DNA of 64,000 bases from Opitutales bacterium. GTDB lineage: Bacteria > Verrucomicrobiota > Verrucomicrobiia > Opitutales > UBA2987. The notes under the pieces are model-generated. The model was not told where the DNA came from and searched no databases. It was given only the letters and a program-made list of their open reading frames with translations. The translations under genes were made by a program, and so were the position numbers. The DNA is taken from NCBI GenBank assembly GCA_965226885.1, contig CBDDEL010000013.1:320001-384000 (forward strand), read 5' to 3'. Shown here piece by piece: positions 30,519-41,989 of this stretch (positions within the stretch are counted from its first letter, which is position 1; every line of letters begins with the position of its first letter).

Positions 30519-31322
30519 GGGCTGAAGGGCCTGCAAGTAACGCTGGGCAGAGCGGGACACAGCCATTTTGGCGTTCTCTGCCACAATCCGTTCCCACCAG
30601 GCGCCATAAATGCGATCGAATGGATACGGCTCTACCGCGGCCACAATATGTGCCACACTGTTCGCCGGGAGTGGGATGAGGTTAGGGTAGCTATACATAA
30701 AACTGACATAGCGACGATCAGGGACAACCTGGATAATGTCACCAGTTAACAGCGTCCCCTGCCCTTTTGCCCCTGCGGGCCAGTGTAATATGGTCCCCCC
30801 AGTAAAGTGACCACCACACCGAATAAGCGTTATATCATCCCATAGGGGATGGGTCTCCCCCTCCCAAAATTCTATGGCCGGATCGGGTCGCATCACCCAT
30901 TGTTGGTCGGCGGCGTGCAGGTAAATGGGGGCATCGAAAGCCTGGCTCCATTGGATCATGGAACTGTAGTAATGGGGATGGGAAATGGCAATGGCCTTTA
31001 TGCCGCCCAGCGATTTTATCACCGCAATAGTAGCGTCATCCAACAGAGGGATGCAATCCCAGAGCAAGTTACCCTGCGATGTTTGCAGCAGCAGGGCTCG
31101 TTGTCCAATGGCAAATGCGGGGTGTGTCCCTATTCCGGTTAGATTGGGTTCCGCTTCCCTGATGATGTTGCGATGAACCCTATGCAGCTTGTCCAGCGTT
31201 GTCCACTGTTGCCCCTGATAATTTACATACTGACGTTCGTCTTCACAAATAGGGCAATGGGCTGGGGGGCTGACCGTTTGACTAAATTGCGTGCCGCACG
31301 TTTGGCAAATGTAGTTGGGCAT
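30513..31322 (-). CDS. MBL-fold metallohydrolase
   Basis: ICQTCG..CPICEDERQY, ISHPHYY, GGHF.G, SFMYSYPN; GGAGG RBS before ATG 31322. Confidence 0.85.
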   Translation of the reverse strand: MPNYICQTCGTQFSQTVSPPAHCPICEDERQYVNYQGQQWTTLDKLHRVHRNIIREAEPNLTGIGTHPAFAIGQRALLLQTSQGNLLWDCIPLLDDATIAVIKSLGGIKAIAISHPHYYSSMIQWSQAFDAPIYLHAADQQWVMRPDPAIEFWEGETHPLWDDITLIRCGGHFTGGTILHWPAGAKGQGTLLTGDIIQVVPDRRYVSFMYSYPNLIPLPANSVAHIVAAVEPYPFDRIYGAWWERIVAENAKMAVSRSAQRYLQALQPS

Positions 31323-31355
31323 ACTATCCTCCATATCTATAGAAACTGCTAGCTA

Positions 31356-33172
31356 GAGGCTGTCCCAAAAATATAAAGATTTTATAGTCAACTGGATGAC
31401 GTTGATAAAAAGAGCCGGAAAGAGCAAGTTTTTGCTCGATCCGGCCAAAAAAGGGTTCTATAATTGAGTTAGCGAAAATCAATATAGCCCTTTCTATGAA
31501 AAATATAGCCATCCAATGCCTCCTGCGTCCAGCTTTAACTGTGGTCGACCGGTGCCTCGATTACGATAACTTCCGCGCCACCATTGATCGAATCGATCGG
31601 CTGCTGATCGACTCGGAGGTGGAATCGCAGGCCATTGAGCTGGCCTTGGAGGGGTGGCCGCCAATGGGTCTAAAGGCCCGGCGGCAGCGGGCCAGTTTTG
31701 CCATCAAGGCACTGCGCATGGATACGCTGGGCCGTCTGCTCGGAGGGATTTCGTTTCGGCATTTGTCGCGGGCTCTGGGCAGCAGCGATCTGTTGGCCGA
31801 CTTTTGCCGTGTCCGGCAGATCGATGGCATCAGGGGCATCTCCAAAAGCACCCTGGAGCGGGCCTCGAAGTTTTTCAGCGAAGAGCAGTTGAGGGCCTTG
31901 CACCGGACCTTGACTGAGGTGGTGGGCGATGCCCTTCTGGCCCGGCAGGTGGGATTGGACAAGCCGATTGACACCACCATTTGCCTGATCGACGGCACCT
32001 GTTTGGAGGCTAACATTCATTGGCCGACGGACTGGGTATTACTCAAGGATGTAGCCGGCACGTTGCTCAAAGCGATCCGGCTGATCCGCGAGAAGGCCGG
32101 TGTGCGCCATCGCATGCCGATCGAACCGGAGCCCTTGGCTCGGCAGATGAATCGGCTGTGCATACAGATGACCCACAGCCGGCGGCGAAAGGACAGCGCG
32201 CGGCAGCGCAAGGGTATCTTGAGGCAGATGAAAAAGCTGCTCAAACGGATCGGGGAGCATGCCCGCAGTCACCGGGAATTATTGCAAGCCTGCTGGGAGC
32301 AAAGCGATTACAGCGAAAAACAGGTCCAACAGATCCTCGCCCGGATGGAGCGCATGAGCGAGCAAATCCCGGTGGTCATCAAACAGGCGCACGAGCGGAT
32401 CATTGGCGGCCGCCAGGTGAAAAACGCAGAGAAAGTCTTGAGTGTTTACGAACTCGATGTGCAGGTGATTGTGCGAGGTAAAGCGGGCCAAGAGGTCGAG
32501 TTCGGCAACACCCTGTTTTTGGGAGAAAGCGTTGAAGGGTACCTGCTGGACTGGAAACTCTACGGCAGCCGAACTCCAAGCGAAAATGAACAAATGCAAG
32601 AGAGTTTGCAAAGACAGAACCGCTTCAACCTGGAAGAACCCATAGCGGCCATGTGCGCGGACCGGGGATTTGCCTCCCAGCGGGCCCGCCGGCAGTTAGC
32701 CCAGGAGGGAATCTACGACGCGCTCTGTCCACGCGATCCGAAGCAGTTGAAAAACCGGATGGAGGAACCACTGTTCAGACAATTGCAAAAGCGCCGGGCC
32801 AGCACCGAAGGGCGGATCGGGGTATTGAAGAATCGCTGGCAGGCCGGGCGGTTGCGCAGCAAAGGCTTTGCCAACCGCTCGATCAGCGTAGCCTGGTCGG
32901 TACTCTCGCACAACCTATGGAAAGTAGCCAAGATGCTGGCCCAGCAAGACGAACTAAAAACCAAAGCGGCGGCCTAGAGAGCGGAAAAGCAAGGACAATA
33001 CTTTTTCACAGCCGTACTGTCGGCTCATACAAAGAAAACCAGGCAACCGGACCCCAAAACCAGTATCCTAACGTCATAGGAGAGCAAAGTTGATACTCTC
33101 CCAAATGCAAATACCTCTAAAATGAGCGCCTATCAAAAGCCCTCGCAAAAATCACCCTTTTGGGACAGCCTC
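31356..33172 (+). mobile_element. ISNCY/IS5-like copy 3, intact 493-aa transposase (31496..32977)
   Basis: 1817 bp, IRs, DGTCLEANIHWPTD / ADRGF / RRASTEGRIG DDE motifs. Confidence 0.95.
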
Positions 33173-33885
33173 TATATAGTCTCTTCGCTTAGTGGGCGAG
33201 TATCTTCGCCGTTGGGGTTTCACTCCACAAAAACCTCGAAGACAAGCCTATGAGCAGCAGCCTGAGGCGATTAAGAAGTGGCTTGATCAAACTTACCCGG
33301 CCATCGAAGCCAGAGCCAAAGCGCAACAGGCCCAAATCCACTGGGGAGATGAAACCGGCATCAGTAGCGAAGATCATCGGGGAAGAGGTTATGCTCCGCG
33401 CGGTAAAACGCCAGTTGCCAAACGCAGTGCGCGTCGTTTTAGCACGAGCATGATCTCGACTATAACCAACCGTGGAAAGCTGCGTTTCATGGTTTACAAG
33501 GGAGCCTTGAATGTGGAACTGTTTATCAAATTTCTGCGCCAGTTAATCAAAGGAGCCAAACGGAAAATCTTTCTCATTGTGGACAATCTGAGAGTGCATC
33601 ATGCTAAAAAAGTAACCGGTTGGATTGAAGCCCACCGCGATAGGATCGGGATTTTTTATCTACCATCTTACAGTCCCGAATTGAACCCCGATGAGTATTT
33701 GAATAACACGGTCAAAGCGAACTTGAAGAACCTGCCGGCCCCGCGCAGCCAAATTGAGTTGCAGGGAAGTCTGCGAACCCACCTGCGCAGCAGGCAACGA
33801 AAACCAATTTTGATTAAAAAACTCTTCCATCATCGGGATGTTCAATACGCCGCTTAACTGTTACTATTCAATTGCCGGATTAATA
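33173..33885 (+). mobile_element. IS630-family remnant, 5' part lost
   Basis: WGDET, VDNLRVH, LPSYSPELNPDE; right end ...GCCGGATTAATA. Confidence 0.88.
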
Positions 33886-34849
33886 GAATTTTGACTTTGA
33901 ATCTTCTTGTTGAATAACGAGTGTGGTCTAATAGCTTATATAGTTCTACTATTCAATATTGGGTAGTGTATAAAAAAAGAATGTTATTTTGTATTTTTAG
34001 CTGTACAAATAGCGTTAGGCAGTTTATTCTTAGTGCATGGTTACTAAAATTATTAATTGTCGGCACTGTGGAAGTGAAAATATCATTAAATTTGGCAAGA
34101 CGCCCAACCATAAACAGCGCTACCGCTGCCATGATTGTGGTAAACAAAGCCGCGAAAACCCCACAGTGAAATACACCGAAGAGCAAAAAGAAATGATCCT
34201 TCGAGTCTATCAGGAACGCAGCAGTCTACGCGGTTTACAGCGCGCCTTCGGGGTGAGTCCCAACACCGTTTTGAGTTGGTTAAAAAAAACGACAATCGCT
34301 GCGACCGCTCAAAAGCACGATTCTTGCGGCCCGCCGCCATGATGTCATTGAACTGGACGAACTGTGGTCTTTTGTGGGGCGCAAGAGCGATGCCCAATGG
34401 GTTTGGATCGCTCTTTGCCGACGCACCCGTCAAATCCTCTCCTATGCCATTGGGCCTCGGGATTGGTATCGTTGCCGGGAACTTTACGAGCGTCTGCCAC
34501 GGGCCTACAAAAGATGTGCCACCTACAGCGACTTTTGGAGCACTTATGATGAAGTCTTTCCTCATAACCGATCCGTGGGAAAAGAAACCGGTGAAACGGC
34601 CCATGTGGAACGATGGAACAATACCCTGCGCCAACGACTGGGTCGTTTCACACGCAAAACCCTCTCCTTTTCCAAGCTTAAGAGTATGCATGAAACCTGC
34701 CTGAGACTTTTCATTCATCAATATAATCAAGAATTAGCCACCATTCCTACTTAATACACTACCCAATATTGCTTGAAGCTTATCTCGAGCAGTAGATCCA
34801 TTGCTAAATGTCCCACGATCATCTCTTGTAAGGTGGATTACGAACCTAG
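33886..34849 (-). pseudogene. AbiGi-like abortive-infection gene remnant
   Basis: After removing the IS1 and one TSD copy it reads RFVIHLTRDDRGTFSNGSTARDKLQAILNSRTI*AIRPHSLF; low GC; family call from motif recall only. Confidence 0.45.
33962..34763 (+). mobile_element. IS1-family element (802 bp)
   Basis: IRs, insA/insB, 8-bp TSD CAATATTG. Confidence 0.96.
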
Positions 34850-37824
34850 CCCGGATATTTCATGAAGGGTAAAGTTTTGCTCGTTATTGCTATTGGAGAT
34901 GGATTTCTTTGTATTTTGAGCAGATCGTCTTGATTTTTAGGTGTTTTTCAGGGTGTAGAGACACTGCCCCCTTTCCCCCATTGGTTCGGTAGTGCCGGGG
35001 GCAGCACCAATGCACCCTTTAGCCCGGATATTTCGTAAAAAAAGTATCGTTGATATGCTTAACTGCTGATATACAGCAGGATAGATCAATAATTAAAGCA
35101 ATATCAGCGATGACAAAAGGTAAACAATTAAAGCTACAGTTGACAAGGGTAAAAGGCCGCCGTGTGCGGGTTGATTTCAAGGGCGGAGAGGTTACTTCGG
35201 ATGCCGGACTGCTTTTGATCCGGGAAGTGGATCGGCAGTTGGGCTTGACCGAACGAGCGGCCCGACAGTTAGTGGACAAACGGCAGAAGGGCAAAGTACG
35301 CCATGAGGTATTGGGGATGCTGCGGCAGCGCGTTTACGGGCTGGTGGCGGGCTATGAGGATTTGAACGACTTTGATACCCTGCGCCACGATCCATTGTTG
35401 CAAACGGTAACGGGGCGCATTGAAACGTTGGCCAGCGCGCCGACTTTGTGTCGTTTTGAAAACGGGCAGGATCGGCGGGCGGCCTTTGCGGTAAACGAGC
35501 TGTTGGTCGAACAGTTCATGGGCTCCTTTGCCGAGGAACCCGAAGAGATCATCCTGGACTTTGACGCCACCGACAATCCGGTGCACGGGCTCCAGGAGGG
35601 ACGTTTTTTCCACGGTTATTATGATCATTACTGTTTTCTGCCGCTATATGTTTTTTGCGGTGATCAGCTGCTGGTGGCCTACCTGCGGCCGAGCAAGATC
35701 GATGCCAGCAAGCATGCCGGGGCCATCCTCAAATTGCTGGTTAAACGGATTCGCCAAAGCTGGCCCCGTACGCGGATTATTTGGCGCGCCGACAGTGGAT
35801 TTTGTCGAGACCGGATACTCTCTTGGTGCGACCGCAACGAAGTTAGTTACATCGTGGGGATGGCTCGCAATGCACGCTTGCAGCAAGACGCCCAGCAGTT
35901 GCAAAAGCAGGCCAAAGAATGGTTCGAACTAAGGGGTAAAAAACAACGGTTATTCCAGGACTTCGTCTATGCTGCCGATTCGTGGCGATGGCTGCGGTTG
36001 GTCATCCATAAAGCCGAACACACCGCACAGGGGTCCAACCCGCGCTTCGTGGTGACGAACCTGCCGGGCGATCCCCAGGAGCTTTACGACAAGGTATACT
36101 GTGGCCGCGGTGAAATGGAGAACCGAATCAAGGAACAGATGCAATTGTTCAGCGAGCGCACCAGCGCCCATCAATGGTGGGCCAATCAGTGGCGATTGCT
36201 CTTGTCGGCGCTGGCCTACACCTTGATGGAAGCCATGCGCCGGTTAGCCTTAAAAGGGACGAAGTGGGCGCGGGCCCAATGCCACACCCTGCGGCTCAAA
36301 TTAATCAAGATCGGAGCGGTCATCGTGCGCAACACCCGAACGATTCACTTTCACCTAAGTGAGAGTTATCCTTGGGCCAGTCTTTTCAACCATGCGGCCC
36401 GCCGATTGGTGCCAACCTAAAGGGTGCATTGGTGCTGCCCCCGGCACTACCGAACCAATGGGGGAAAGGGGGCAGTGTCTCTACACCCTGAAAAACACCT
36501 AAAAATCAAGACGATCTGCTCAAAATACAAAGAAATCCATCTCCAATAGCAATAACGAGCCAAACTTTACCCTTCATGAAATATCCGGGTTAGGTTGGCA
36601 CCAATCGGCGGGCCGCATGGTTGAAAAGACTGGCCCAAGGATAACTCTCACTTAGGTGAAAGTGAATCGTTCGGGTGTTGCGCACGATGACCGCTCCGAT
36701 CTTGATTAATTTGAGCCGCAGGGTGTGGCATTGGGCCCGCGCCCACTTCGTCCCTTTTAAGGCTAATGGGCGCTGGTGCGCTCGCTGAACAATTGCATCT
36801 GTTCCTTGATTCGGTTCTCCATTTCACCGCGGCCACAGTATACCTTGTCGTAAAGCTCCTGGGGATCGCCCGGCAGGTTCGTCACCACGAAGCGCGGGTT
36901 GGACCCCTGTGCGGTGTGTTCGGCTTTATGGATGACCAACCGCAGCCATCGCCACGAATCGGCAGCATAGACGAAGTCCTGGAATAACCGTTGTTTTTCA
37001 CCCCTTAGTTCGAACCATTCTTTGGCCTGCTTTTGCAACTGCTGGGCGTCTTGCTGCAAGCGTGCATTGCGAGCCATCCCCACGATGTAACTAACTTCGT
37101 TGCGGTCGCACCAAGAGAGTATCCGGTCTCGACAAAATCCACTGTCGGCGCGCCAAATAATCCGCGTACGGGGCCAGCTTTGGCGAATCCGTTTAACCAG
37201 CAATTTGAGGATGGCCCCGGCATGCTTGCTGGCATCGATCTTGCTCGGCCGCAGGTAGGCCACCAGCAGCTGATCACCGCAAAAAACATATAGCGGCAGA
37301 AAACAGTAATGATCATAATAACCGTGGAAAAAACGTCCCTCCTGGAGCCCGTGCACCGGATTGTCGGTGGCGTCAAAGTCCAGGATGATCTCTTCGGGTT
37401 CCTCGGCAAAGGAGCCCATGAACTGTTCGACCAACAGCTCGTTTACCGCAAAGGCCGCCCGCCGATCCTGCCCGTTTTCAAAACGACACAAAGTCGGCGC
37501 GCTGGCCAACGTTTCAATGCGCCCCGTTACCGTTTGCAACAATGGCTCGTGGCGCAGGGTATCAAAGTCGTTCAAATCCTCATAGCCCGCCACCAGCCCG
37601 TAAACGCGCTGCCGCAGCATCCCCAATACCTGCTGCCGCAGCATCCCCAATACCTCATGGCGTACTTTGCCCTTCTGCCGTTTGTCCACTAACTGTCGGG
37701 CCGCTCGTTCGGTCAAGCCCAACTGCCGATCCACTTCCCGGATCAAAAGCAGTCCGGCATCCGAAGTAACCTCTCCGCCCTTGAAATCAACCCGCACACG
37801 GCGGCCTTTTACCCTTGTCAACTG
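34850..37824 (-). mobile_element. Degraded IS1380-family copy (outer), interrupted by a second copy and 5'-truncated by IS1
   Basis: 3' end at 34850-35022, continuing 36594-37824; internal deletion near 36765 and a 24-bp duplication at 37608-37655. Confidence 0.9.
35023..36589 (+). mobile_element. IS1380-family element, intact transposase (about 35110..36420)
   Basis: IR CCCGGATATTTC, 4-bp TSD TTAG, TSDAG / LDFDATD / RADSGF / RGEMENRIKE. Confidence 0.95.
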
Positions 37825-38081
37825 GGTAGTGTATAAAAAAAGAATGTTATTTTGTATTTTTAGCTGTACAAATAGCGTTAGGCAGTTTATTCTTAGTGCA
37901 TGGTTACTAAAATTATCAATTGTCGGCACTGTGGAAGTGAAAATATCATTAAATTTGGCAAGACGCCCAACCATAAACAGCGCTACCGCTGCCATGATTG
38001 TGGTAAACAAAGCCGCGAAAACCCCACAGTGAAATACACCGAAGAGCAAAAAGAAATGATCCTTCGAGTCTATCAGGAACG
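37825..38081 (+). mobile_element. Partial IS1 (left IR plus 5' insA)
   Basis: First 257 bp of the element, followed directly by a new left IR. Confidence 0.92.
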
Positions 38082-38886
38082 GGTAGTGTATAAAAAAAGA
38101 ATGTTATTTTGTATTTTTAGCTGTACAAATAGCGTTAGGCAGTTTATTCTTCTTAGTGCATGGTTCCTAAAATTATTAATTGTCGGCACTGTGGAAGTGA
38201 AAATATCATTAAATTTGGCAAGACGCCCAACCATAAACAGCGCTACCGCTGCCATGATTGTGGTAAACAAAGCCGCGAAAACCCCACAGTGAAATACACC
38301 GAAGAGCAAAAAGAAATGATCCTTCGAGTCTATCAGGAACGCAGCAGTCTACGCGGTTTACAGCGCGCCTTCGGGGTGAGTCCCAACACCGTTTTGAGTT
38401 GGTTAGAAAAAACGACAATCGCTGCGACCGCTCAAAAGCACGATTCTTGCGGCCCGCCGCCATGATGTCATTGAACTGGACGAACTGTGGTCTTTTGTGG
38501 GGCGCAAGAGCGATGCCCAATGGGTTTGGATCGCTCTTTGCCGACGCACCCGTCAAATCCTCTCCTATGCCATTGGGCCTCGGGATTGGTATCGTTGCCG
38601 GGAACTTTACGAGCGTCTGCCACGGGCCTACAAAAGATGTGCCACCTACAGCGACTTTTGGAGCACTTATGATGAAGTCTTTCCTCATAACCGATCCGTG
38701 GGAAAAGAAACCGGTGAAACGGCCCATGTGGAACGATGGAACAATACCCTGCGCCAACGACTGGGTCGTTTCACACGCAAAACCCTCTCCTTTTCCAAGC
38801 TTAAGAGTATGCATGAAACCTGTCTGAGACTTTTCATTCATCAATATAATCAAGAATTAGCCACCATTCCTACTTAATACACTACC
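38082..38886 (+). mobile_element. IS1-family element (805-bp variant)
   Basis: Full copy with a 3-bp insertion upstream of insA and point changes; no TSD. Confidence 0.94.
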
Positions 38887-39860
38887 CAACCATCGTCTGG
38901 TATAGTATAACTCGTTTTCTCTCCTACTATCTTGGTGAAAGCGTATTCACGGTTAGGCATCTGCCGTTTTTCCATATCGATATCGAGAAATTTCACGTCG
39001 AGCCGCAATGGGTTTTCCAGGACATGCACCTGCACATATCCGGCAACGGACCCATAGGTATCTGAATCAGGATAAGTGATCGATCCTGTATTGATAATGA
39101 GCGCCCCGCTGTCTCCGTATTCGGCCAGTTTTTTGCGCTGAAAATGATGGGTGGTAGCCGATAGGACAAGATCGCTTTTGTCGGCGAGTAACTGTTTTTG
39201 CTTCCCGGAAACTTTTTCCATCCAGAATCCACTGATGGAATGGGCCGCCACAATGACGATATCTTTGGGTCCTTTGTCCAAATTATGCAAGGTTTCTTCC
39301 AAGTAGATTTTTGAGTCCTCACGGAAGGAGAGTTTATCGTCACGGGGATGATCCGGGAAATGAAGTTGAATCAAATGAATGGTGTAATCTTCGGCAGGGA
39401 TTTTGGCGTAATATTCAACCCCATTGCCGCGAATATCTATATGGGGTCTTTTATCCAATCCCTGGTGGATTAATAACGGTCCACCTTTTCCCCAGGCGTC
39501 CTGCGAGCCACCGTAGAACTCATTTTCCCCATCGGCGATATTGGGGTAAAAATTATTATTCCACCATTGGTTTTCCACGATAAAATCCAAAAAGGTATTG
39601 GGGCGATTGATTTTCAAATGATCTCCGAGACCTATAACGAAGCGGTCACCGCTTTTTTCAATCCACTTAGCCATCTTGGCGAAACGTTCACTATCGGATG
39701 GGGAGAGGCCCTTGTGGTCGCTCATAATGGCAAAACTGAAAACGGCGTTGCCTTCAAGCTCTGCAATATTTTGACCCGATTCCTCCGCCGAAACCAGAAA
39801 AACATTTGCCATTAATGAAGTGATAAAAAAACAAAATTGGTGAACGCGTCTAAGTTTCAT
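38887..39860 (-). CDS. Secreted metallophosphoesterase-like protein, C-terminus clipped by IS1
   Basis: Signal peptide, IMSDHK, GLGDH, AAHS, TTHH; the ORF ends inside the IS1 IR. Confidence 0.6.
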
Positions 39861-39948
39861 GATTACAATAGTGAAGTTGAATGATTTTATTTAAATTAAA
39901 CCAGTTTCAGGCCGAAGGTAATTTTTATCACAAAGTAAAGTAATAATG

Positions 39949-40353
39949 CTATCGGCTGTCGATATAAGCCCGCCAGCCTCCCCACTCTGTTATTTCCTTT
40001 TGATTTTCCACCAAGTAGGGCTCAGCCAGGATGCCTAAATTGCTTTGGCCGTCGGCAAGTGTTATATGTCCCAGGCATAATCCGGGAGGCTCCTGGCGCA
40101 GTATAGTTACAAGCCCCTCCGGCGTAAGTTCCCAGATTTCCAAATGAATTTCTTTTCCACCGTTCTGGGAACGAAGCATACCCGGATGGTGGTCGTCAAT
40201 GGACCACAATCGGTAATGGGAGTCCGTGCGCGTTTCCCGTATAAATTTTGCCCCTGCCTGCAAGAGGTTTTCATTCAGTTCCAAACCTCGCATCAAGGTT
40301 CCGTTTACCGCTATTTGAATGGAATTATCGAAAACGTGAGGTTTCATAAACAA
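39949..40353 (-). CDS. Stand-alone allophanate-hydrolase C-terminal / GGCT-like protein
   Basis: AVNGTLMRGLELN, EPPGLCLG, ITEWGGWRAY. Confidence 0.8.
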   Translation of the reverse strand: MFMKPHVFDNSIQIAVNGTLMRGLELNENLLQAGAKFIRETRTDSHYRLWSIDDHHPGMLRSQNGGKEIHLEIWELTPEGLVTILRQEPPGLCLGHITLADGQSNLGILAEPYLVENQKEITEWGGWRAYIDSR

Positions 40354-40363
40354 AAATATTACT

Positions 40364-41875
40364 TTAATTATTTTCTAGTAATTGGGACTCTACAATTTCA
40401 GTAATATGAGCAGAAAGCGAAATTTTTTCGCCATCTAATTTAGTTATATAATCCGTTACTGCTTCCGTAAATGTTATGGATGTCGGTATCGCTGTGAGGA
40501 CATGTTGAGGAACCTTGATTCCATCGCCTATATTTCGTTCTATCACTTTACTGAACGACCTTAAAAGTCGTGTATCCCATTCCTTCCTGGGCATTATGAC
40601 ATGGTAGAGGCGGTCCGGATCAAGGTCGATTTTAATGATATCCGAGGTGGTATTTTCCGCAGGCACAAAGGCACGAAATCCCGACCACTGGGTTAACGGT
40701 GAATCCGTTCGCCGCAGTGCGTTTAAATAGGCCTCGATTGCTTCGCCCTTCAGGTTGGCTTTAATGACCTCATGTCCACGATGGCCTCCAGTCCTGAAAA
40801 TCGCGTTAATGTCAACATCGCCAATTGGCAGAGTATCACGAATGACCTGATCGGCATTGCAGAAACCGATGTCGGCTCCGGAACTGGCCCGGAGGGCGGC
40901 AGCTCCCAGATTCCCCATCCCGATACGGTCGACTTCGGAATTGTTACGAAAAACGAATTGGGAAGCTTTTGGAGTTATCGATCGCTCTTTTTCGAGAACC
41001 CATTCCAACATCTCTTCATCAAGGGGAACCGTGTCATGTTTCATGGCAATCAGTTCGCTTTTCGCGCTAATGATTTGCTCGGTCGTCAAGTTGATTTTCA
41101 ACTCCAGGCGGCCGACATATTCGGTATAACTACCGGCCTGGACGATATAAGCCCCGGTCTCCTTTACGACAATGGCTTTCGGGATCACCTCATGGGAGTG
41201 CCCTGAAACAAAAACATCAATTTCTGGAGCGATCAGAGAAAGCATTCGGCATTGTTTTGCAGTGATGTGGCAGACGGCGATAATAAGATCGGCCGTTTCA
41301 TCCAGCCGCTTTGCTTCGATAGCCAGGGCATTGGCCGTTTCCTCCAGATTCAGCCCATATTCATCCCTTGGAACGATTGCCCCGATCACCCCTACTTTGA
41401 CTCCATCCACATCGAAGATTGCGCTGGGTGTGAATTCCAGATCTCCATTTTCTTTGATCAGGTTGAGGCAGAGCATTTTCATTTCACCGGCCAGCGATTC
41501 GAATTTGCGCATTTGTGGAATTCCGAAATCGTGATCGTGGTTTCCGAATGTGCCGGCGTCATACCCGATCATGCCCAACGCCCGGTAGGTAATCTCACTA
41601 TCAGTTTCAAATGCCACCATGTCTCCTTTTTCCGCCACATCGCCAGCGTCCAGTAAGATGACATCGTCGCGTTCGGCCCGAATCTTTTTCACGTAGCCCG
41701 AAACATAGGGCAGCCCACCGGCTCCATCGTAATCCGGTCGCAAGTGGTCGTGGATGTCGTTGGTGTGCAAAATGAGGACGGTATCCGTTTTACCCTCCAA
41801 CCGGCTGATAGCGTCCGCTGCAAGAAAGAGTTGGGGTACGATCCCGAAAATAATAAATAGCCTGAGGAGTCTCAT
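40364..41875 (-). CDS. Bifunctional metallophosphatase / 5'-nucleotidase
   Basis: HTNDIH, DAGD, GNHDHD, SGHSH; start placed at the signal-peptide Met (ORF is open to 41980). Confidence 0.85.
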   Translation of the reverse strand: MRLLRLFIIFGIVPQLFLAADAISRLEGKTDTVLILHTNDIHDHLRPDYDGAGGLPYVSGYVKKIRAERDDVILLDAGDVAEKGDMVAFETDSEITYRALGMIGYDAGTFGNHDHDFGIPQMRKFESLAGEMKMLCLNLIKENGDLEFTPSAIFDVDGVKVGVIGAIVPRDEYGLNLEETANALAIEAKRLDETADLIIAVCHITAKQCRMLSLIAPEIDVFVSGHSHEVIPKAIVVKETGAYIVQAGSYTEYVGRLELKINLTTEQIISAKSELIAMKHDTVPLDEEMLEWVLEKERSITPKASQFVFRNNSEVDRIGMGNLGAAALRASSGADIGFCNADQVIRDTLPIGDVDINAIFRTGGHRGHEVIKANLKGEAIEAYLNALRRTDSPLTQWSGFRAFVPAENTTSDIIKIDLDPDRLYHVIMPRKEWDTRLLRSFSKVIERNIGDGIKVPQHVLTAIPTSITFTEAVTDYITKLDGEKISLSAHITEIVESQLLENN

Positions 41876-41989
41876 TGGTTTAACTAGCGCCATACTGTTG
41901 TTTTTTGGCCAAAATGACAAAATCGTCATTATCACCGAAGCCTCATTGTCATTTGATGATGGTATATTATCAATTGTCATAAATTCAAC

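Noticed and set aside
36763..38049. 428-aa ORF (and similar 51047..51826, 56880..57527) as novel fusion proteins
   Set aside because: Read-through across IS junctions with no evidence of real starts
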